Part shown: positions 10,079-20,112 of the stretch, piece by piece
How the letters are laid out: every line of letters starts with the position of its first letter
Position numbering within the stretch: position 1 is the first letter of the stretch
Virus record (IMG/VR): IMGVR_UViG_3300008262_006132
Coordinates: 62,001 to 126,000 of that record
DNA from: an uncultured virus (IMG/VR IMGVR_UViG_3300008262_006132)
Lineage: Duplodnaviria; Heunggongvirae; Uroviricota; Caudoviricetes
DNA length: 64,000 nt
Direction: 5' to 3' (one strand)
Position numbers and translations under genes: made by a program
The notes under the pieces: generated by a model
What the model saw: the letters and a program-made list of their open reading frames with translations, nothing else
What the model was told of the DNA's origin: nothing
The model's database searches: none

Positions 10079-11140
10079 TTAAACTAATCCAATATTATTT
10101 TTTTCAGTATTTAAGTTGTTTTTGAAAACATCAACAAGCCTTGTATTCTTCTTTATCTTTTTATTAAATCCAAGTTCTTTTGAGAGTTCAGTCGCTACTT
10201 CCGAGTCTAGCTCTTCTATATTTATGACATCTACTAAGTTATTAGAGTCTAAAAGACATTCATCAATTTCATCTTCATTATCAACATTAAATATTAAGAG
10301 AACTTGTAATTCAAGTTGTTCTGAAACTATACTGTCTACTAACTGTAGTATGTTACTACTGAAGTAGTTGTTTTTTCCATAAATTGGGTTATAAAGAAAC
10401 TCACAATCATCTACAATTAGAAAACACTTACTATATTTTTTTAAGAAAGACCTAAACTCTGAACTATTTATTGATGAATCTACCATGTTGGTAGGCACAT
10501 AGATAACAAGTCTATCAACTTTTGATGAGATATATTTCGATAGATTTGTCTTTCCAACACCTTTATCACCATAAATTATTGATAATCCTTTGTTAGTATT
10601 TTTGATTTCTTTGATTAGTTTCTTAACCTTTTTAATTGACTTGTGATTGTAGAGTGACTCTAGAGAGTATGTTGACTTTTCAAATAGTAGTGGTGAGAGT
10701 TCTAGACTACCACCAACTGATTCCAAGACGTTTATTTTATCTATTGTATCATCTTCATAATCAACAATACAGATTGATAATTCGTTAATAATTTTATTTA
10801 CTGTTTCTTTTTGACTCTCAGATTTGAAGTAAAAACACAAATCGTTTATTAAGAAGTTTTCAGTAAACATATTCATTTTTACAAAACTAATGAAAATGAA
10901 TTCTTCAACTTGAAGTAAGACTCTTTGGTTATGAACATAGTCATCTCCACTTGGGAGTAGCTCGGTCAGAGTGTTATCTTTACCCCACTTTTCTTGGATA
11001 TTTTTAGATACTACCTCTTCAAAATCTTTTCCGATAAATGTGTCATGAATGATTAACCTATTTGGTCTTTCTTTCCATTTATCAAAAATTATTAAAAAAT
11101 CATTATTGGTTGATTCTTCGCTAGTGATATTTATGTTCAT
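10079..11140 (-). CDS. AAA+ family ATPase
   Basis: Walker A GDKGVGKT; Walker B LIVDDCE. Confidence 0.75.
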   Translation of the reverse strand: MNINITSEESTNNDFLIIFDKWKERPNRLIIHDTFIGKDFEEVVSKNIQEKWGKDNTLTELLPSGDDYVHNQRVLLQVEEFIFISFVKMNMFTENFLINDLCFYFKSESQKETVNKIINELSICIVDYEDDTIDKINVLESVGGSLELSPLLFEKSTYSLESLYNHKSIKKVKKLIKEIKNTNKGLSIIYGDKGVGKTNLSKYISSKVDRLVIYVPTNMVDSSINSSEFRSFLKKYSKCFLIVDDCEFLYNPIYGKNNYFSSNILQLVDSIVSEQLELQVLLIFNVDNEDEIDECLLDSNNLVDVINIEELDSEVATELSKELGFNKKIKKNTRLVDVFKNNLNTEKNNIGLV

Positions 11141-11193
11141 TGTCGGTTTTTTACTTTAAAGATTTTATATATAATTAAAATAAGACGAAGGCC

Positions 11194-11397
11194 TTGAAAA
11201 ACAAAGGAATTGACTCAATTTTAGTTATCAATAATTTTCTTTCTGTTTGTAAACTGAAGAAGCCTAATTGTCTTTTAACAAGACTTACACAGTCATATCT
11301 AAAAGTCAAAGTTAATAGACTTCTTCAATCTTATCAAACAGAATCGGTCTTACCAAAAAGAAGAGTTAGATTTTCACTTTTTGGTATTGTTTTTTAA
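11194..11397 (+). CDS. Possible small hypothetical protein
   Basis: TTG-start ORF filling an intergenic gap; TATATA upstream. Confidence 0.35.
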   Translation: MKNKGIDSILVINNFLSVCKLKKPNCLLTRLTQSYLKVKVNRLLQSYQTESVLPKRRVRFSLFGIVF

Positions 11398-11612
11398 ATC
11401 TGTGGTCCAGAAAGATCAATCTGTGGTCCTTCGGTCATCGTTGGATTTACAGGTGGTAAGTTATCGTACAATCCTTTTTGCTTTTCTTGTTCGATAAGTT
11501 TCATAATCATTTCTCTTTGCATTTTTTCATTCTTTCTCTTCATTTCAGCAACTTTCTTGTTACGTGATGCCACTTTCTTTTTGTGGTCTTTTCTGTTTCT
11601 TGACTTTGGCAT
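11394..11612 (-). CDS. Small basic protein
   Basis: 72-aa K/R-rich ORF with AAC-N18-TATAA upstream. Confidence 0.65.
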   Translation of the reverse strand: MPKSRNRKDHKKKVASRNKKVAEMKRKNEKMQREMIMKLIEQEKQKGLYDNLPPVNPTMTEGPQIDLSGPQI

Positions 11613-11643
11613 AATTTGTATATTTTGAAGTTATATTATTTTT

Positions 11644-13281
11644 TTATTCAAGTGTTTCGAAATTTAAAAAATCAAAATCAAGACCTTTATTCTGATCTAT
11701 CAATTTCTGAACTTCGTCTCTATCTAAATCTCTTCTGATTGTACCATCTGGAAGTTTCACTTCATAAATAAAATCATATGAGTCACCAGTTGGTGCATTA
11801 GCTCCTCCAGTGCCTTTTAGTAGATCCTCGGTTGTTGCTGTAGGACTCACTACACTTAGATTACTATCTGAATACAAACCATTTAGTAGATCTCTTAGAT
11901 CTTTTGGTTCAACATTTTCAGGTATTTTGTTACATAGTTTAATAAGTGGTGGAGGAATAACTGCGGTTATTCCCAAAATAGACCAAATCAACATTATAAA
12001 TGAATTTATGATTCTTTCAATTAAACAAAGTATTACTGTAAATAGTCTAAATGGTTTAAGACATAGATCTCTATATTGTTTGGCCGTATATACTGGTAAC
12101 TTTACCCAAAATGACACACTCAAAAACTCGTTCAAATCAGCAATTACATAATCATCTGGTATTAGATACTCAGAAGTAAATGGACCGGTACCTCTTATAG
12201 GGTTTTTAACATTTACTGCTATACACCACTCTATTATTTTTTCTGGGTTAAATTTGATGCCCGCAATTTCAAGAAGACCTTTCGGTGTAAAGAATGTCAT
12301 GATCCATTTAAAAGATAAAAATTCAGCAATTAATGCCGGGAACTTGACTGGATTTACCAATTTTTTGAAGAAATCCATTATCCACTGAATTATACTAAAT
12401 ATTACTTTTAATGGAAAAGTAACTAAGCCTAGAATTAATTTTAAAAGTGGCTGAGATAGTAAGTTGAATTGATTTTTAAGTGCCTTTATTTTATCAAGTA
12501 GTGATTTCTTTAGAGCACTATTATCATTTTCATCTAGTGAATTATAAGCCTCTTGATATTTTTCTATAGCAAGTTGATAGTTGTCAAGTGGATTTCTTGC
12601 ATTTTCATTGAAATCTATTTCAGATCCTTGATTTATAAGTTCATCACCTTCTCTAATTAACTTATCGACTGATTGATTAATGTAGATGTATTCATAATCT
12701 ATACCTTCTATTTTTCTACCAGTAGAATAAGTAATGCTTACTTCTTCATAATATTCTCTTTTTCCATTTTTAGAGACTACTTTATTTTTGGTAACCTCAT
12801 CTGGTTTTGTGATATCTAAATACCTCAAAACTTTTTCATCAATTTCAGCTTGATTTTTACCATCTGTTATCTCTTTATCTTGACCTTCGAGTCCATTTTT
12901 GATATTATCTGGATTGTTTTTATCTTGTTGAAATTGTTTGAGTAGAGAATCTAAGTTTCCAGATGGTAAATTTGATGAGAAAATAGGCCTTATTGGAACA
13001 CCACCATTGAACGCTTTAGATATATTTAATTCTAGTCCGAATAAAAGACTGAAAAATCCAATCAGACCGGGTCCATCTATTAAGAACTTAAATTCAGCTT
13101 CTCTATTAACATGAATATAATTTGCTAATTTTGTTCTTTTAACATATTTTTTCATTTCATCAACAAGATCTCTCTTTTCTTTCTGAAGATCAGTGAAACT
13201 TTGATTCGCTTCTTTTTCACCTTTTCTTATCTTGTCTTTTATTTTGTCAACTCTTTGTTTAAAATTAACAATATCGGTCAT
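11644..13281 (-). CDS. Putative structural protein (possibly C-terminal part of a fusion with 13308..16664)
   Basis: 545-aa ORF; YSTGR motif shared with the upstream ORF. Confidence 0.6.
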   Translation of the reverse strand: MTDIVNFKQRVDKIKDKIRKGEKEANQSFTDLQKEKRDLVDEMKKYVKRTKLANYIHVNREAEFKFLIDGPGLIGFFSLLFGLELNISKAFNGGVPIRPIFSSNLPSGNLDSLLKQFQQDKNNPDNIKNGLEGQDKEITDGKNQAEIDEKVLRYLDITKPDEVTKNKVVSKNGKREYYEEVSITYSTGRKIEGIDYEYIYINQSVDKLIREGDELINQGSEIDFNENARNPLDNYQLAIEKYQEAYNSLDENDNSALKKSLLDKIKALKNQFNLLSQPLLKLILGLVTFPLKVIFSIIQWIMDFFKKLVNPVKFPALIAEFLSFKWIMTFFTPKGLLEIAGIKFNPEKIIEWCIAVNVKNPIRGTGPFTSEYLIPDDYVIADLNEFLSVSFWVKLPVYTAKQYRDLCLKPFRLFTVILCLIERIINSFIMLIWSILGITAVIPPPLIKLCNKIPENVEPKDLRDLLNGLYSDSNLSVVSPTATTEDLLKGTGGANAPTGDSYDFIYEVKLPDGTIRRDLDRDEVQKLIDQNKGLDFDFLNFETLE

Positions 13282-13307
13282 TATCTTCGTGACATCTGGA
13301 TTAAAAA

Positions 13308-16300
13308 TCAGAATGGAAATAATTTTGCGCCTAAATCTACTATTAATTCAATCATTATTTTTGCAATTCCTAGAGCATCTCTTATTTTATAATATCCGCC
13401 TCCGCCGCCACCTGAACCGCCACCACTACCTTTTGAACCAGCACCTCCAACTCCACCAGTATCAGGACCAGTTTCTATATTTTTATTTTTTCTTATGCCT
13501 TCAATTATATAATAGACATCAACATCAAGCTCTGTGACCTGTTGTCTTCTTAAATACCCGAAACTCTGTGGATTGTCAGGTTCAACTATTTGAACTCCAT
13601 TATCATCTAAAACCGGAGCACCGTTTGGTTGAGTACAAGGACCACCTTGATAACCACTACCATATCTACCCGAGGACATAGAAACATTAGCAAGTCCTAA
13701 TTCTTTTAATCTTTCATTCAATATATTTTGACCACCGTAATCATCAACTAACACAGTTTTATATTTTCTGTCACCATCAAATACTGAAATTTGAAATTTA
13801 GTTAAATCAACAGTTGTCAAATTTATACCGTAATTGCTAGTCGAAGTACTATCATCGATTCTGTTTATCTCTGAACTTGATAAATTGCCCGTTCTTATTT
13901 CAATTATGTTAGATTTGAAAAGTGGTGGTAATAATTTTGTATTAAATTGACTATACTGTCCAGTTCCAACAGTTGTGTTTCCACCTAGATTTTCGTTAAA
14001 GAAAACAATTTTATCAATAAGACCCGAAACCAGTCTTAGTTTCCACTTAATACCACCACCAATATCAAATGTCTCATACGGTCCCTCTTCTTCATTAGTT
14101 TGTGTTGATGGTCTAACACCTCTTGTGTAAGTTTTAATCTGAGTTTTTGCCTGTTCAAATTTTGCAACTGCCTCATCAAGTATAGATATAAATTCAGGTG
14201 TATATACCGAGTAGCTAGCTGGTACGAATAAGGTTGAAAAATCAATAGTGTTGATAAGTTCGAGAGATTCTCTCAATAAATTTGGTTCAGAAGCGTATTG
14301 AGTGTAATAATAATAATCCACTTCTTGATATTGTATATCATTATTAGCGATCTCTTCAAGTTTAAACGCCAAATCATAATCGTACTCTACTTTAGATGGG
14401 TAATCGTATGTAATTGATGTATCATCTGCGTATCTAAGAAAAATAATTGATCTAAGTTTTACACCGGTGTTATTTAATTCATCATTTGTAAATAACTTTT
14501 CTCTCAAATCTGGATAATCATATATTTCTTGAAGTAAAGATCTTGTGCTCCAGTTTTTACCAGGGTATTGTGTCTCTTCGTTATAAAAGTTAGTATCTAC
14601 AAAATATTCCTCACGGTCTCTGTACTCTTTATTAATAACACTTCTCAAAGAAGGTGGTACAGATGTTTTGTCAAAATATAACTTTAAGTTAAAATCTTCT
14701 GTAGAGTTGGTTTTCTCACCAGTCAAGTTGTCTATTTTTACTTGCCAGTTGTTAAGTTCATAAGATTCGATGTTACTTAATTCCTCAACTACATCTCCTC
14801 TTGTTATTGTCATCGAAAAATTAGTTCTGACAAACTCACTATTTTGACTTGCCTTCTCAAAGACCAATATTTGCAATTTACTTTTTATAAACTCTTTGAT
14901 TTCTGAATTTCTCTTTATAATTTCGTTTGCTCTTGTCTCTCCAGTGCTAGCATCAACTACTTGCTCTGTTCTTTTATAATCGAGCTGTAAAACTGGATCA
15001 ACTTTAATTATTTTTAAGTCATAGTCTAACTCTGGATTTATCCAAACTACTTTTCCACTCAGATTAAACCTCATTGGTTTAAATAGTTTTTTTAGACCAA
15101 GAGGTATAGTTTCTTCAGGTGGATTTGTGTTATAGAATTTACTCCAATCTGCTGAGTCTATATTTTTATAGTAAGCAGTTTGTAATTCTCCAAATCTAGA
15201 AAAATTTTGAATTTCTTCCACTATCTTGTCATTCGGATATTTTTCTGATAAATAACCTTCAACATCTCTTCTAATTTGAGGCCTCTCGTCGGCTGGTATT
15301 TTCTGAGCCTCTAATTGTTGCTCTGTTATGTAGTCGTAATATCCTCTGTAATCATTTACATCGGTTTGTTGTGTTACAATAATCGGATCGTCTTTTTTAA
15401 ATTTTAATACTTGATTTTCTTCTTTATCAAAGTCAATTACATCTCCATATGTTTTTTGTGTCCATCCACCACCTTCTGGCTGATTTGTACTTATAACATC
15501 GCTGTTTGACCATTTTTTCCAAATGTAAACATTCGTTGTGGGTGACTTCCAACCATACGTATTAGGGTAATCTATCGCCTTTCCGAAGAGCCATTTTTCA
15601 TTTTTAATCCAAGGAGCTTTTTCAAAAATTGAGTCTTTCAACTCAAGATTCAATCCATTTGGCGATAAACCCCAATATTTTATCTTATCATTTGGGTTTA
15701 TCTCAACACCATTTTTATTATAAATTCCTAATATTATTCTATCCGGTAAATTTTGTAAGCTTTGTTCTTCTTCATCAACAACTGGTGTTGTGACCTCATC
15801 TGGGTCTAAATCACTAGGCAGATCGATATACTGATAATTATAGTTTACTTCTGGTATGAATCTACCAGTAGAATAAATTGTAGAGATAGTAGCGTATACG
15901 AAATTTGGTAGATCACTACCATTTGTATTTCCACTAGCATCACCCGAAGTTTGACTTTGAGTCTTAGGATTAGGTACTTTAGTATATACTCCATTTTTGT
16001 CTATACTTACACCATTTCCTCTATTCATTTCAGTAGACATTTTATCAAGTCTTCCTAGTAAATCTTTACCATTTTGATAACCAAGTGCTTGTGGTGTACC
16101 GTAAGGTGTCAGTAGTCTAGTAGCTGGTCCATTTCCTTTTGGTTTTCTAGATTTGAAAACAGGGGCAAGTATTGGTTGAGTTGCCGCTCCTACAAGTGGC
16201 ATTATTCTTGCTATGATATCTTCAATTTTTGCTATATTTTTTATAACAAACTGAGCTATCTCAAAATAAGGCTTTTGTGTCTCAAACATAGAAGAAAAGA

Positions 16301-16664
16301 TTGCCTTTTCTATTGCAAAAAAACCAAGTGCATCATTATACATACCTGTTTTCTCTGCCTCACTACCATAGTTTTTTTCAAATTGTTCTCTAACTTTTGG
16401 ATCTTTTATTTTCGCCAAATTCTGAGCCTTTGTGATATTGACCATAGCTGCTGCAATTCCTATCTCAGCCTTTGCGAACTTTTTTATGTATTCAATGTCT
16501 GGTATAAGCACCGCAGTCACAGAATTTGGATATCCATTCTTTTTAGCTATTGGTCCAATAGTCGGTATGTCGTATAGTCTTGGACCAGGAATACCCAGTG
16601 AAACATTGTATTTGAGAAAACTGGGTGACGGATAAATTGGAAAAATCGGTAAAACCTGAGGCAT
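13308..16664 (-). CDS. Large putative structural protein
   Basis: 1118-aa ORF with Gly-rich linker near the end; TATATA upstream. Confidence 0.6.
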   Translation of the reverse strand: MPQVLPIFPIYPSPSFLKYNVSLGIPGPRLYDIPTIGPIAKKNGYPNSVTAVLIPDIEYIKKFAKAEIGIAAAMVNITKAQNLAKIKDPKVREQFEKNYGSEAEKTGMYNDALGFFAIEKAIFSSMFETQKPYFEIAQFVIKNIAKIEDIIARIMPLVGAATQPILAPVFKSRKPKGNGPATRLLTPYGTPQALGYQNGKDLLGRLDKMSTEMNRGNGVSIDKNGVYTKVPNPKTQSQTSGDASGNTNGSDLPNFVYATISTIYSTGRFIPEVNYNYQYIDLPSDLDPDEVTTPVVDEEEQSLQNLPDRIILGIYNKNGVEINPNDKIKYWGLSPNGLNLELKDSIFEKAPWIKNEKWLFGKAIDYPNTYGWKSPTTNVYIWKKWSNSDVISTNQPEGGGWTQKTYGDVIDFDKEENQVLKFKKDDPIIVTQQTDVNDYRGYYDYITEQQLEAQKIPADERPQIRRDVEGYLSEKYPNDKIVEEIQNFSRFGELQTAYYKNIDSADWSKFYNTNPPEETIPLGLKKLFKPMRFNLSGKVVWINPELDYDLKIIKVDPVLQLDYKRTEQVVDASTGETRANEIIKRNSEIKEFIKSKLQILVFEKASQNSEFVRTNFSMTITRGDVVEELSNIESYELNNWQVKIDNLTGEKTNSTEDFNLKLYFDKTSVPPSLRSVINKEYRDREEYFVDTNFYNEETQYPGKNWSTRSLLQEIYDYPDLREKLFTNDELNNTGVKLRSIIFLRYADDTSITYDYPSKVEYDYDLAFKLEEIANNDIQYQEVDYYYYTQYASEPNLLRESLELINTIDFSTLFVPASYSVYTPEFISILDEAVAKFEQAKTQIKTYTRGVRPSTQTNEEEGPYETFDIGGGIKWKLRLVSGLIDKIVFFNENLGGNTTVGTGQYSQFNTKLLPPLFKSNIIEIRTGNLSSSEINRIDDSTSTSNYGINLTTVDLTKFQISVFDGDRKYKTVLVDDYGGQNILNERLKELGLANVSMSSGRYGSGYQGGPCTQPNGAPVLDDNGVQIVEPDNPQSFGYLRRQQVTELDVDVYYIIEGIRKNKNIETGPDTGGVGGAGSKGSGGGSGGGGGGYYKIRDALGIAKIMIELIVDLGAKLFPF

Positions 16665-16712
16665 ACTAAACTAAGTTAAATTTGATTTATATATAAAAAA
16701 CTTAGTTTTTTC

Positions 16713-18092
16713 TCAAATTTCCTCGTCTATCTTTGAAACTAAATAATTAAAGTTTGCCGGTAGATCAAATTTGTACTTAGCATTTAACTTACCTGAGAAT
16801 TCTCCTCCTGAAAAACCAATGATAACGTCTAAGTCAGCAAGATGATCTTCGTCAAAAAATATTTTTACTTTGAATTTAAACATATTATTCTCTTCATCTT
16901 CTGACACTTGAAACTTAACATGATAATCAAATTGAACATCTAATCTATCATAATTTTTTCTAAAAAAATCTCTATTTGGAACTTGTATGAAATTCTCGCC
17001 TTTGCTAGATAAATAATAAATTGGTCTTTCTAAACAACCCATTTTACTAACAAATGCTTTCACTAATTTCATTTTTACAGTGCCTTCTGCTCTTTTTAAA
17101 CCGCTTTCTAATTTTGTAATCTCATCTGATTTGTCTTTTTTAAGTGATGTTGTAAAGAGATGTTCTAAAATTCTAGAGTTTAATACCGTGATTTTGACTT
17201 CGTACCACTCTTTTTCAACTCTTTCTAGATCCATGAAATATTCTTTTCTATTTTTCCAAATATCATTCATAAGATCTGAAAATTTAAGAATATTTTTTTC
17301 AAATTCTTTAATATACTCACCAAGGTATTTAAATCTAGGATCTCTGTGTCTAATATCGAAATATTCAAAGTATCCAATTGAATCTATTCTTTTAGTATCA
17401 ATGAACTTTTCGATATGAGCTTGTATATTTTTATTTGAGTTTTCATAAATTATTTTTACCCATTCTTGAGTTAGTTTATCCCATTTTCCAATATTATCTT
17501 CTTTGAAAAGATTATCTAAGTCTTCTCCGATCAGGTCTTCAGCAAACGAGTTAAAACTTGCAGATTTTTGTAGAGTAAGATTTTTATTTAAATAGAAAGA
17601 ATATTGATCTCCAATTTTAGTTTCAATAACTATATCTTCTCCGTTCTCTTCATCTTTATTTGGACCAATCCAATAAATTTTAGAAATCATTTCTGACTCT
17701 AGTTTTTTCTCAGGTAATAGTTTATCAATAATGTTTCTGGCTAAATTTCTTGATGATATTAATTGATCCCAATCTTTATCTATATTAAATTCAACTTCAT
17801 CAAATAGTCCATTTATTTTTGATACCTCATCATCACTAACACACTTACTGTCTACAAATTTTCCAAGATCAAGTCTGTTTTTTGATAAAAGTAGGTTTTT
17901 CAAATCTGTCAAAAATACTTGGGAGTTTTCTGAGTATCTCGCTTTCAAACCTCTATCTAAAATATTATCTAAAAACTCGTTATTGAGAAGTGTCATAGAA
18001 GTACATATTTCTATTATGAGGTTTTTTGGTGTGTAATATGTTTTATTATTCTGTTTCGACTCGAATAAAAATTGACTTTTTATGAATTTCAT
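16713..18092 (-). CDS. Hypothetical protein
   Basis: 459-aa ORF starting MKFIKSQFLFE. Confidence 0.7.
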   Translation of the reverse strand: MKFIKSQFLFESKQNNKTYYTPKNLIIEICTSMTLLNNEFLDNILDRGLKARYSENSQVFLTDLKNLLLSKNRLDLGKFVDSKCVSDDEVSKINGLFDEVEFNIDKDWDQLISSRNLARNIIDKLLPEKKLESEMISKIYWIGPNKDEENGEDIVIETKIGDQYSFYLNKNLTLQKSASFNSFAEDLIGEDLDNLFKEDNIGKWDKLTQEWVKIIYENSNKNIQAHIEKFIDTKRIDSIGYFEYFDIRHRDPRFKYLGEYIKEFEKNILKFSDLMNDIWKNRKEYFMDLERVEKEWYEVKITVLNSRILEHLFTTSLKKDKSDEITKLESGLKRAEGTVKMKLVKAFVSKMGCLERPIYYLSSKGENFIQVPNRDFFRKNYDRLDVQFDYHVKFQVSEDEENNMFKFKVKIFFDEDHLADLDVIIGFSGGEFSGKLNAKYKFDLPANFNYLVSKIDEEI

Positions 18093-18161
18093 ATTTTTGA
18101 CGTAATCTTTTGTTTATATATTAATTTGATAGAGATTAATTAAATAAAAATATATATCAAC

Positions 18162-20075
18162 ATGGCAGATAGTTTAAGTAATTTCATCGATCGTGCAGGT
18201 GGTGCATCTTCTGGAGCAATACAGGGTAAAGTAAACGACCTACTTGGTTTAGCAAAATCAAAAATACCAGGGGCTGATAAACATTCAGGAAACCAAGTTG
18301 GACCAGGTGAAGGTGGCACACAAATACAAAGAACTAATTTCTATACACCATCGACTAATCCTAATGAAAATGGACCCGGTCAGATAAGTCCTATCGGACC
18401 TGGATTAAAAGATGAAAAAGGAGCCGGATATCCTTGGGGATTCACTCCTATTACCTATTACAGAACTACTAAAGATGGTGTGGCTATTGAAGACCCAAGA
18501 GGTGTTGAAAAAATATCTGGTGTGAACCTTGAACCTGGTTCAAATGTAAAAAATGGTGTTCTTAATCCAAGCACACAGTACTCAAAAACGGAAAAAGCTC
18601 GTGAAAACTTATCCAAGTTTGATGATGGACAGACATTAGATTTTAAATATGGACTAAGTGATTTTGAATACTCATCAAACTGGCCTGGCGACTCACTTCC
18701 AGATCAAGCTAACTTAATACAAGCAAATAATCCTGATGTCTATTTTGATGGTAGTAATCAAAAGAAAAGATCCTGGCAGCCTGGTCATCAAAATCCAGTT
18801 CAACCAGCAGAAGGAACTCCATTTGAAAACGAGGATCCAGTTTACTATGGATTTGAGATGGAAATAGACTCTTTGAATTCACCTTTAATAAATGGACTTG
18901 CTAAAACATTTCTACAAATTTATGGTTCAAATTATGAGGCACTTGGTTCTAGAATAGAAATATTAGATTCATTTGTCTATGAACTATCTCGTTTCTTTAC
19001 TTTTAATTCTGATATGCCTTTGGAGGGATTAGAAAGTATATTCTCAACAAGAATTCCAAAGAAGCACTATTTGAAAAAAATTGAAGGATTAGACAAACTC
19101 ATAGAGGCGAATCCTGTCTCTGGACAAAATGCCTTTGTGAAATATAAAACCGATACAATAAAGCTATCTTTCTACGAAGATACCAATTTAAGTACAGGTA
19201 CTCTTGCCTCACTTTATAAACTTCTATATTGGGACAGATTAAATGGAAAAAATATTATACCTGAGAATCTATTAAGATTTGATTGTAGAATAGTTATATC
19301 AGAGGCAAGAAACATAGCTAGAATACGAAGAGCTTTAGGTTCACCTGAACCAAACCTACAAGTTGTTAGAGAAAATGTCTCAAGATACGTTTATAATCTT
19401 TATGAATGTCAGTTCAATTTTCCAAAATTAACTCACCCTTCAAGTATCGATTTAGGTCAAACACCAGCATATTCTGGAGAATGGGATATTGAAATGTCAT
19501 TTAAGTTCTCTGGTATGAAGTTCGAGAGATTTGTTTTTGAAGACGGACGAGCACAAAAAGGAGCATATAAATCACTTAACAATCTATCTAGAGATCCAAT
19601 GGCAATTTCGTCAATTGATGCAACAGAAGCCGATATAAGCGGTGGTGGAATATTGCCAAAAATATCAGATACAACATTTATAATATTAGAAGATATTATT
19701 GATGGTTATAATAATTTTGACTCACCAGATCTAGCGCCCGTAACAGGTCCAAATACACCTATAGACACACTAGGTGAAGCTAAAGATAATGACTTAAAAA
19801 GTAGGTTTAAAGACGCGGTTAAAGTAGCTGGAAAGAATTTATTATCAAATCTGAAGACAGCCGCTCTGAGTGAAGCTCAAAGACAAATAAATAATAAGTT
19901 TAGACTACTCAATAATACGATAGATAATGTTCGTAACAAATTTGGAGTTGGTCGAATGAGCCCACCAACTAATGTATATGAAGGAGCACAACCAGGTACA
20001 TTCTTCTTTGATGTTAAAAATTCTCTAAGGCAGTTTGCGGGTGAGACTCTCACTGGTACGATATTCGGTCAATAA
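18162..20075 (+). CDS. Putative tail/baseplate structural protein
   Basis: 637-aa ORF directly before the gp5-like gene; function inferred from context only. Confidence 0.45.
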   Translation: MADSLSNFIDRAGGASSGAIQGKVNDLLGLAKSKIPGADKHSGNQVGPGEGGTQIQRTNFYTPSTNPNENGPGQISPIGPGLKDEKGAGYPWGFTPITYYRTTKDGVAIEDPRGVEKISGVNLEPGSNVKNGVLNPSTQYSKTEKARENLSKFDDGQTLDFKYGLSDFEYSSNWPGDSLPDQANLIQANNPDVYFDGSNQKKRSWQPGHQNPVQPAEGTPFENEDPVYYGFEMEIDSLNSPLINGLAKTFLQIYGSNYEALGSRIEILDSFVYELSRFFTFNSDMPLEGLESIFSTRIPKKHYLKKIEGLDKLIEANPVSGQNAFVKYKTDTIKLSFYEDTNLSTGTLASLYKLLYWDRLNGKNIIPENLLRFDCRIVISEARNIARIRRALGSPEPNLQVVRENVSRYVYNLYECQFNFPKLTHPSSIDLGQTPAYSGEWDIEMSFKFSGMKFERFVFEDGRAQKGAYKSLNNLSRDPMAISSIDATEADISGGGILPKISDTTFIILEDIIDGYNNFDSPDLAPVTGPNTPIDTLGEAKDNDLKSRFKDAVKVAGKNLLSNLKTAALSEAQRQINNKFRLLNNTIDNVRNKFGVGRMSPPTNVYEGAQPGTFFFDVKNSLRQFAGETLTGTIFGQ

Positions 20076-20112
20076 TTTCTGGGAATTAAGTTTTAACAAT
20101 ATATATGTTAAG

